From an uncultured Clostridia bacterium (lineage in GTDB: Bacteria; Bacillota; Clostridia; Christensenellales; Aristaeellaceae): a DNA stretch of 12,076 nucleotides. The notes beneath the pieces were generated by a model that was given only the letters and a program-made list of their open reading frames with translations, had not been told where the DNA came from and did not search any database. The stretch lies in contig CALCTW010000131.1 in assembly GCA_937907055.1 (NCBI GenBank), forward strand, positions 1-12,076, read 5' to 3'. Shown piece after piece: positions 1 to 5,809 of the stretch. The translations under genes and the position numbers were made by a program. How positions within the stretch are numbered: the first letter of the stretch is position 1; every line of letters begins with the position of its first letter.

Positions 1-227
1 GGCCATTTGTTGTCTGGGCAATCGTTGCTGTCGTTTGGGGAACAATCATAAGCAGGTATTATTTCAGAAATGTAAAATACATCTGCCCGGAATGCCATGA
101 GGTATTCAAGCCAAACATGAAAGAAGCATTTTGGGCAAATCATACTCCCAGCACCCGCAAGCTGACCTGCACCAAGTGTGGTCACAAAGGCTTCTGTGTG
201 GAGATTTGGGGAGGTGACGAAAAATGA
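1..227 (+). CDS. Small membrane protein with C-terminal four-Cys zinc-ribbon; 3' fragment, 5' end lies outside the window
   Basis: Frame 3 (codons phased from nt 3) is open from the window edge to TGA 225-227. It is absent from the ORF track because it has no start in the window. Translation: PFVVWAIVAVVWGTIISRYYFRNVKYICPECHEVFKPNMKEAFWANHTPSTRKLTCTKCGHKGFCVEIWGGDEK. This is a hydrophobic helix followed by a CPEC...CTKC pair about 24 residues apart. The stop overlaps the next start (ATGA, 224-227). Confidence 0.6.
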   Translation, partial: PFVVWAIVAVVWGTIISRYYFRNVKYICPECHEVFKPNMKEAFWANHTPSTRKLTCTKCGHKGFCVEIWGGDEK

Positions 228-1063
228 CGGAGTTTGAGAACATTGTCATTGGCAAAAGCGCCATTCCGTCGCTGGCCATCACAGTCATTCTGATGATTGC
301 GATTCCCGTCATCTTCTTTATCTGCTGGCGAAAAAAGCAGAAACAGCAAACAAAAATCGGCTATCTCATTGCCGGTGCTGTCGGGTTTATCGTATCTGCC
401 CGTGTGCTGGAGCTTGGGGTTCACCTGGTTTGTATTGTTGCTGATAATCCTGTTTCCCGATTCATCAACGGAAACACCGTCGCTTTTGTCCTTTATGGAA
501 TCATCATGGCTGGCGTTTTTGAGGAGTGTGGACGGTACATCGTTTTGAAGTACATCATGAAAAAGAACCGTACCCCTGAAAATGCAATTATGTACGGAAT
601 CGGTCACGGAGGAATCGAGATATTGGCAGTGCTCCTGCCTTCAATGATCCTGTATCTCGTCATCGCGGTGCTTTTCTCTGCAGGAAATATCGAAAATGCG
701 CTCAGCACGTTGAATATCGCGGAGGATACTGCTGCCGCTGCGCTTCCGTCTGTTGAGGCCGCTGCCGCATTTGATTACGCAATGATGGCTATGAATGTAC
801 TTGAACGACTGTTTGCGATGCTTTTACATATCGGACTAACGGTTGTCGTATATTACGGTGTATGTAATGCAAATAAGGCTTGTCTGCCGATAGCAATTCT
901 CCTGCATATGCTGACGGATACCTTCCCGGGATTGTACCAGAGAACCATAGTGCCACTGTGGTCGGTTGAGGTTTGGACTGCTCTGTGGACTGCTATAATC
1001 GTCTTCATTGCCGTGAAGCTTTACAAAAAAATGAAAGTGTCGTCTTCTGCCGAGAGCGTTTAG
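224..1063 (+). CDS. yhfC: YhfC-family (DUF2324, CPBP-like) intramembrane metalloprotease
   Basis: 279-aa polytopic membrane protein. Motifs FEECGRY (EExxR), GIGHGGIE, ERLFAMLLH and LLHMLTD (HxxxD) fit the YhfC/CPBP glutamic-type intramembrane protease pattern as I remember it. The start is coupled to the upstream ORF through an ATGA overlap. Confidence 0.85.
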   Translation: MTEFENIVIGKSAIPSLAITVILMIAIPVIFFICWRKKQKQQTKIGYLIAGAVGFIVSARVLELGVHLVCIVADNPVSRFINGNTVAFVLYGIIMAGVFEECGRYIVLKYIMKKNRTPENAIMYGIGHGGIEILAVLLPSMILYLVIAVLFSAGNIENALSTLNIAEDTAAAALPSVEAAAAFDYAMMAMNVLERLFAMLLHIGLTVVVYYGVCNANKACLPIAILLHMLTDTFPGLYQRTIVPLWSVEVWTALWTAIIVFIAVKLYKKMKVSSSAESV

Positions 1064-1347
1064 TGAGTTAAATTTCAGTTTGCTGATTTACGCTTACTCA
1101 GCGATATCCCCCATAAGCGCTTGGGATCTATCGGACCGGCATCCGTCAATACATGGTTTCATCGTTTGACAGGTGTTCATTGGTCAGCCTCCTTCATCAC
1201 AGACCGGCTTGGATCGGTTCCGATCTTTGTATGCGTTGTCTTTGGAATTCGCCCCAAATGAACACGGGTGTTGCTGAAGATAAGGTTGATGAAAAGCGGT
1301 GGTCAGAGCCAAAGGCGGTTTGAGCCGGGATCGCGGCGCCGCGCCGC

Positions 1348-1397
1348 AAATGATCCGGATCCGGCTTCCTTCGGGAAACGGGTTCGGATCATTTTTT
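1348..1397 (+). terminator. Rho-independent terminator (long imperfect hairpin, UUCG loop, T6)
   Basis: AAATGATCCG (1348-1357) pairs with CGGATCATTT (1385-1394). The inner arms CCGGCTTCC / GGAAACGGG (7 of 9 pairs) close on a TTCG loop. A T-run follows at 1392-1397. The reverse strand has only three Ts after the stem, so the element is + oriented. Confidence 0.7.
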
Positions 1398-1458
1398 GCT
1401 TTGGGGGATGAGGGAGCCGGGAACAATGTAAACAATGAAGGCCGGGCGGGGCGCGGGG

Positions 1459-1486
1459 TTGTATTTTGAACCTGATATGATAGAAT
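1459..1486 (+). promoter_or_regulatory. Sigma-A-type promoter for the GNAT / thioredoxin-lipoprotein operon
   Basis: TTGTAT (1459-1464), a 16-nt spacer, then TAGAAT (1481-1486) preceded by TGa (extended -10). It lies about 40 nt upstream of the GAGGAGGAG RBS of the 1527 start. Confidence 0.5.
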
Positions 1487-1526
1487 AAAGGCCAAAGGGA
1501 TCCGAGACAGAGGAGGAGACAGGCCG

Positions 1527-2045
1527 ATGGTGATCCGGACAGAAAGATTGACCATCAGAAAGATCATGGCGGAGGATTGGGAAAGTATCCGGGATATATG
1601 GGTGGATTTTAACGCCGCGCCGCTTTCCGGGTACGATATGCCGCACAGTACAGATGACGCGGATGTAAAAAGCAGGATCGCGAGATGGGCCGCGGCTAAC
1701 AGCGGCACGGAGCATATGTTTTTCGCCGTCTGTATGGAAGAAAAGCTGATCGGGTACATCGCTTTTAACCAAAGAGAAGACGGATACGAGATCGGGTATT
1801 GCTTCCACTCCGCGTACCATCATATGGGCTGCGCGAAGGAAAGCCATCAGGCGTTATTCAGGTATCTTGAGACGATGGGGATCAAGCGCTTCATCGTGCG
1901 GACGGCCCTGCAAAACACGCCTTCTGTGGCCCTGCTGAAGTCGCTTGGCTTTGAACAGATCGGAACAGAGAAAGTATCGTTCTATCAGGACGCGGAGGGA
2001 AATGACATCGTATTTGACGGCGGGATCTTCGCGCTGAAGCGATAA
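1527..2045 (+). CDS. GNAT-family N-acetyltransferase (RimJ/RimL-like, Acetyltransf_3 type)
   Basis: 172 aa. The N-terminus MVIRTERLTIRKIMAEDWESI is typical of RimJ/RimL-like GNATs. The rest has a GNAT-like fold pattern (IGYIAF...EIGYCFHSAYHHMGCAKE...). RBS GAGGAGGAG sits about 8 nt upstream of the ATG. No terminator precedes the next gene. Confidence 0.85.
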   Translation: MVIRTERLTIRKIMAEDWESIRDIWVDFNAAPLSGYDMPHSTDDADVKSRIARWAAANSGTEHMFFAVCMEEKLIGYIAFNQREDGYEIGYCFHSAYHHMGCAKESHQALFRYLETMGIKRFIVRTALQNTPSVALLKSLGFEQIGTEKVSFYQDAEGNDIVFDGGIFALKR

Positions 2046-2099
2046 GAACGGATACGGGCGCGGGAAGTGAGACCAATACAGTGATGGGAGGCTGAAGGG

Positions 2100-3239
2100 A
2101 TGAAAAAAGGGATCGCGCTGCTGACGGCGGCGATGCTGCTGATGGGACTTTTGACCGGCTGCGCTTTCGCGGCGGGTAGCGGGCTGTACAGGATCGGGGA
2201 TAAAATAGAAGATTTTTCGGTGGAGCTGTGCGACGGAAGCACCTTCACGCTGAGCGAGGCCTGCGCGGAGCGTGATCTGGTGATGATCAATATCTGGGCT
2301 TCCTGGTGCGGCCCCTGCCGGAATGAATTCCCCTTTATGGAGAAGGCGTATGAACAGTATCGGGACAGGGTGGCGCTGGTGTGCCTCTCGATCGATCCCG
2401 GTGATACCAACACGGCGATCGCGGCGTTTATGGAGCGTCAGGGGCTGACCGCCCTTCCGATGGGCTATGACGCCGCGGGGGTGGGAAACCGGCTGGTAAA
2501 GCAGGGCTATCCCACCACGGTGCTGGTGGACAAGGACGGGACTTATGTGTATTACGAATGCGGCAGCCTGCCTTCCGTGGCAGCGTTCACGGAGATGTTT
2601 GACAGATTCCTGAACGGCGGCGCAGCGGCCTGCGCGCTGGACCTGAGCCCGGCGCTGAACGACAGACAATTGACCCTGACCCTGATCCCGGAGAGCGACG
2701 CGGCGGTGATCGACTGCAGCGATGTATTCAGTGCCGAAGATCTGCATTTTGAACACAAGTATGATCATCCGGATTACTGGAGCGTGATGCAATCCGATAT
2801 CCTGATCATGAATTATTCGGGCGCGGATCCTTATCCGGTGATGCGGACGATGCTGTATTATAACGGCACGGTGCCTGCCGGCGTGAACGCGGTCAGCTTT
2901 ATATTGGGCGGCAGGACGTTCAGACTGACGGGACTTGAGCTTCATAAACAGATGGGCATGGATCGGGACCGCGCGTATGAAGCCATGCTGATCCTCTACG
3001 GACCCGACACGATGGCATTCGCGGATGCCGTGATCGCGTACGCGGAGGAAGCGGCGACGAACGGAGAACAGAACACGCTGCAGGCGACGATGGTGCTGCA
3101 CGGAACAGAGGATCTGACGGTGACGCTGAATGCCGAACCGCTGCTGGACCTGTATCACGTGGCGGCCGGCTTCAAGGCGATCGGCGGCCCCGATTACGCG
3201 GGGTATGTGGGGGCAGGAACACCTGCCGCGGAACAGTAA
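2100..3239 (+). CDS. Lipoprotein: N-terminal TlpA/ResA-like thioredoxin (thiol-disulfide oxidoreductase) fused to an unnamed C-terminal FEHKY...LHGTEDL domain (paralog 1)
   Basis: Signal peptide with canonical lipobox LLTGC (Cys21). Thioredoxin active site WASWCGPC (WCGPC encoded at nt 2304-2318), plus the YPTTVLVDKDG pattern typical of the TlpA/AhpC-TSA fold. Residues from about 175 to 379 are homologous to the next two paralogs. RBS GGGAGG lies 8 nt upstream. Confidence 0.85.
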   Translation: MKKGIALLTAAMLLMGLLTGCAFAAGSGLYRIGDKIEDFSVELCDGSTFTLSEACAERDLVMINIWASWCGPCRNEFPFMEKAYEQYRDRVALVCLSIDPGDTNTAIAAFMERQGLTALPMGYDAAGVGNRLVKQGYPTTVLVDKDGTYVYYECGSLPSVAAFTEMFDRFLNGGAAACALDLSPALNDRQLTLTLIPESDAAVIDCSDVFSAEDLHFEHKYDHPDYWSVMQSDILIMNYSGADPYPVMRTMLYYNGTVPAGVNAVSFILGGRTFRLTGLELHKQMGMDRDRAYEAMLILYGPDTMAFADAVIAYAEEAATNGEQNTLQATMVLHGTEDLTVTLNAEPLLDLYHVAAGFKAIGGPDYAGYVGAGTPAAEQ

Positions 3240-3260
3240 AGACCCGGGAGGAAAACAGAT

Positions 3261-3932
3261 TTGAAAAAGACGATTGGCGTGATGCTCGCGGCGGCGCTGC
3301 TTTTTGCTGCCTGTACGGCGCTGGCCGGTACGCTGGACCTGACACCGGTGAAGGAAAGCGAATCCCTTGTGATGCAGGTGGATGAAAAACAGAATATCGC
3401 CCTCATCACCTGCGATAAGGCGCTGAGCGTGGCTGACCGGCATTTTGAACACAAGTATGAGCATCCGAAACGGTGGAGTTTTATCGCTTCGGATATCATC
3501 ATCGGGGATTATTACGGCGCGGAGCCTTATCCTGTGATGCAGACCTGGATCTACTATGAGGGGACCCGGGCGATCAACGCGTACGCCGCGACCTTCCGGA
3601 TCAACGGGAAGGAATATACGGTGACCGGGATCGGAAATGAGGCGCGGCGAACCGGCCAGGAAGGCGATGTGAGCGAGGCGCTGGGCATCATCTACGGACC
3701 GGAAACGCAGGAGCTGATGGTGGCGCTGCATGATTATGAGGGAGAACTGCTCTCCGCCGGAAACTACAGCGGCGGAGTGACCGTGGTGCTGCACGGGACG
3801 GAGGACCTGGAGATCCGGATGAACGCGAAGGCGCTGATGGATTTTTACATCATCGGCAATGTGTTTTCGGAGATCAACGGGTTTGATTATTTCGGCCTGA
3901 CCGGCGGCGGGACCCCGGTGACGGCGCGGTGA
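3261..3932 (+). CDS. Secreted or lipoprotein of unknown function, FEHKYEHP...LHGTEDLE domain (paralog 2)
   Basis: TTG start 9 nt after GGGAGG (3246-3251). Signal peptide MKKTIGVMLAAALLFAACTALAG, with either a weak lipobox (FAAC) or a type I cleavage site (ALA-G). Blocks HFEHKYEHP (3441-3467) and LHGTEDLEI (3789-...) are shared with paralogs 1 and 3. Confidence 0.8.
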   Translation: MKKTIGVMLAAALLFAACTALAGTLDLTPVKESESLVMQVDEKQNIALITCDKALSVADRHFEHKYEHPKRWSFIASDIIIGDYYGAEPYPVMQTWIYYEGTRAINAYAATFRINGKEYTVTGIGNEARRTGQEGDVSEALGIIYGPETQELMVALHDYEGELLSAGNYSGGVTVVLHGTEDLEIRMNAKALMDFYIIGNVFSEINGFDYFGLTGGGTPVTAR

Positions 3933-3962
3933 AGGAAAATAATCAAAATATGGAAAAAATAG

Positions 3963-3991
3963 TTGACAAAGGCAAATAATGTATATATAAT
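3963..3991 (+). promoter_or_regulatory. Perfect consensus sigma-A promoter (TTGACA-17-TATAAT)
   Basis: TTGACA at 3963-3968, an exact 17-nt spacer, then TATAAT at 3986-3991, all within an AT-rich intergenic segment. It would give a 5' UTR of roughly 118 nt for the 4116 gene. Confidence 0.7.
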
Positions 3992-4115
3992 ATAGGCAAT
4001 CACTAATACTCTTAAGATAAAGAAAGTCGATACCTTGTAAAGGTGGAACTATGCATGTGGCACCGTTGAGCAACGATGCCAGACAATAATCGATGATAAA
4101 GAAAGGAATAGAAAA

Positions 4116-4724
4116 ATGAAAAAACATTTATCACGATCTTTTGCTCTACTCTTTTGTTTTGTCCTTGCGCTGAATATTTATTCACCGGCATTGGCGGAGA
4201 TCCCGGACGCTACTTTCCGGGAAATGATCCGGTATTGGATGGGAATCGAGATCCCGGAGGAGATTCCCTGTGTTGAAACACATATCATGGATGAGAATTT
4301 TGTGAGAACAGGTGAGATCAAATATTATTACGAACTGCCGGATGAAAAAACCGGAGAAAGTCATTTTCTTATGATCGTGCCCCGTGATAGTTATCTCTCT
4401 TTTTCTCATCCGGTGCCGGCAGATGAAGAAACGAGCCCGATTGTTGATGAAGAAACAGGCAGAGCACTGGTTTTGCAGATTTGTGAGCGTTATCATCTCT
4501 TTGGAAATGACGGGTCGCTCTCCTATGAGGAATTGCTGGAACAGCGAAATGCTGTGATGTATCCATATCCCATCATCGAACCGACGAAACGCCTTTGGCG
4601 ATGCGTCATGGATGCAGATGCAGAGGGATACGGCAGTGCAGATTTGATGTTCGATATTCAGGATATGAAAGTTGTATATGTGTTTCTTCGATATGAAAAG
4701 TTTGAAATCATATTGGAAAATTGA
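4116..4724 (+). CDS. Secreted hypothetical protein (Sec signal peptide), lower-GC cassette gene
   Basis: 202 aa. MKKHLSRSFALLFCFVLALNIYSPALA-E is a type I signal peptide. RBS AAAGGA lies about 9 nt upstream. I recognise no family. Codon usage and GC content are visibly different from the flanking genes. Confidence 0.7.
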   Translation: MKKHLSRSFALLFCFVLALNIYSPALAEIPDATFREMIRYWMGIEIPEEIPCVETHIMDENFVRTGEIKYYYELPDEKTGESHFLMIVPRDSYLSFSHPVPADEETSPIVDEETGRALVLQICERYHLFGNDGSLSYEELLEQRNAVMYPYPIIEPTKRLWRCVMDADAEGYGSADLMFDIQDMKVVYVFLRYEKFEIILEN

Positions 4725-4740
4725 TTGACCCAAAATGCGA

Positions 4741-4776
4741 AAGCGGAGAACGGCATGGCCGTGACTCCGCTTTTTC
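4741..4776 (+). terminator. Rho-independent terminator of the low-GC cassette
   Basis: GCGGAG (4743-4748) pairs with CTCCGC (4765-4770). An inner CGGC/GCCG stem closes on an ATG loop. TTTTT follows at 4771-4775. Confidence 0.8.
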
Positions 4777-4845
4777 GTTGCGGGGATTACTTGTAAAACC
4801 TGATCGAAAAGCCCGTGCCGCCTGAAGGGACAAGGCGCGCAAGGC

Positions 4846-4874
4846 TTGACAAAGAAAGGGAATCGCGGTATATT
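4846..4874 (+). promoter_or_regulatory. Sigma-A promoter for paralog 3
   Basis: TTGACA (4846-4851), a 17-nt spacer, then TATATT (4869-4874), about 30 nt upstream of the ATG at 4904. Confidence 0.65.
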
Positions 4875-4903
4875 CTATGCATCAAAAAGACGGAGGGTTT
4901 CAG

Positions 4904-5584
4904 ATGAAAAAGTTTTTTGCTTTGATGATGGCATTGGTGCTGATGCTGAGCATCTGCCCGGCATTCGCGGCGGGACTGGATATGTCCTATGTGGATAAGC
5001 ATGCGGATGTGTATTCTGTGTATATTCCGGAGGATGAACCGACCAAGGCGTTTATCGATACGTCCAACGGCTTTGGTGTGGATGAGCTGGCCTTTGAGCA
5101 TAAGTATGAGCATCCCAATCGCTACAGCTACATTTCCACCGATATCATCGTGTTTGATTACGGTACCGATGACGCGGAAGCTTATCTGCGCACCTGGATC
5201 TGCTATGAGGGCACTGAGCCGATCTACGCTACCTCCTGCACCTTTGTGGTGGACGGCGTGAAGTATACGCTGAGCGATCTTTCCGATCCCGATGATATGG
5301 GCGTGGATGACGGCGGCGTGTATCAGGATATGTGCATCCTGTATGACACGAAGAACATGGATGTGCTCTCCGCGCTGTACAGCTTTGTGCAGACCCGGAT
5401 CGAACAGGAAGACTATGACAGCATCGAGATCCCTGTGATCCTGCATGGTACGGAGGATCTGGAGATCGTGATGGGCGGCATGTCCCTGCTGGACCTGTGC
5501 TATATGCTGGATGCCTTTGATTTCATGGGCGCGCTGGCGATGATGGCGCCGCTGAGCAATGCCTCGCCGCTGACCATCGAATGA
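4904..5584 (+). CDS. Secreted or lipoprotein of unknown function, FEHKYEHP...LHGTEDLE domain (paralog 3)
   Basis: I prefer the start at 4904 (MKKFFALMMALVLMLSICPAFAAG), which is 6 nt after GGAGGG. The ORF-track start at 4877 falls on the predicted transcription start region and has no RBS. Blocks AFEHKYEHP (5090-5116) and LHGTEDLEI (5441-...) are shared with paralogs 1 and 2. Confidence 0.8.
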   Translation: MKKFFALMMALVLMLSICPAFAAGLDMSYVDKHADVYSVYIPEDEPTKAFIDTSNGFGVDELAFEHKYEHPNRYSYISTDIIVFDYGTDDAEAYLRTWICYEGTEPIYATSCTFVVDGVKYTLSDLSDPDDMGVDDGGVYQDMCILYDTKNMDVLSALYSFVQTRIEQEDYDSIEIPVILHGTEDLEIVMGGMSLLDLCYMLDAFDFMGALAMMAPLSNASPLTIE

Positions 5585-5604
5585 ATAGAATGAGATGAAT
5601 AATG

Positions 5605-5633
5605 CCCTTCCGTCTTGCGGCGGGAGGGTTTTT
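5605..5633 (+). terminator. Rho-independent terminator
   Basis: CCCTTCCGTC (5605-5614) pairs with GGCGGGAGGG (5619-5628), including two G-U pairs, around a TTGC loop. TTTTT follows at 5629-5633. Confidence 0.75.
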
Positions 5634-5656
5634 CATGATAGGACGCAAGGACGCGC

Positions 5657-5797
5657 CGGCAGAAGTAAAAACTGCCGCGTGGTGATGCGATATGGATGAA
5701 GACTATATCGGCGGAAGTAAAAAAGAAACTGCCGCGTGAAAACAAGATATTGAGTGAGCCAACTCTGGCGGATGTAAAAAAAGCGGATGTGAAAAAG
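5657..5797 (+). repeat. Four copies of GCRGAWGTRAAAAA in the M42 leader: two inside hairpins plus one exact tandem 15-mer pair
   Basis: Copy cores lie at 5659-5671, 5711-5724, 5768-5782 and 5783-5797. The first two sit in CGGCAG/CTGCCG-type hairpins (5657-5677 and 5709-5734), and both are followed by the shared string ACTGCCGCGTG. The last two are adjacent 15-mers, GCGGATGTAAAAAAA and GCGGATGTGAAAAAG (13/15 identical). Confidence 0.7.
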
Positions 5798-5809
5798 AGG
5801 AGGATGGAG

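Noticed and set aside
1361-1380. GAAGGAAGC-like string (minus strand) reminiscent of the SRP RNA domain IV
   Set aside because: It is only a short match, the surrounding sequence lacks the conserved SRP helices, and the region is fully explained as the loop-proximal part of a + strand terminator hairpin.
1854-4127. 757-aa ORF on the minus strand spanning the GNAT 3' end and the first two paralogs
   Set aside because: It is antisense to three well-supported + strand genes and crosses their intergenic gaps. Its translation is low-complexity and R/H/Q/P-rich, with no motifs and no RBS. This is a typical shadow ORF in GC-rich coding DNA.
4182-4733. 183-aa minus-strand ORF opposite the low-GC cassette gene
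   Set aside because: The + strand frame has a promoter, an RBS, a signal peptide and a terminator in the right order. The antisense frame has none of these.
5696-5809. Lys-rich N-terminal extension of the M42 peptidase (ORF-track start)
   Set aside because: There is no SD before 5696, whereas AGGAGG directly precedes 5804/5810. M42 proteins normally begin close to the LxELxxAxGxSGxE-like segment that follows 5810.
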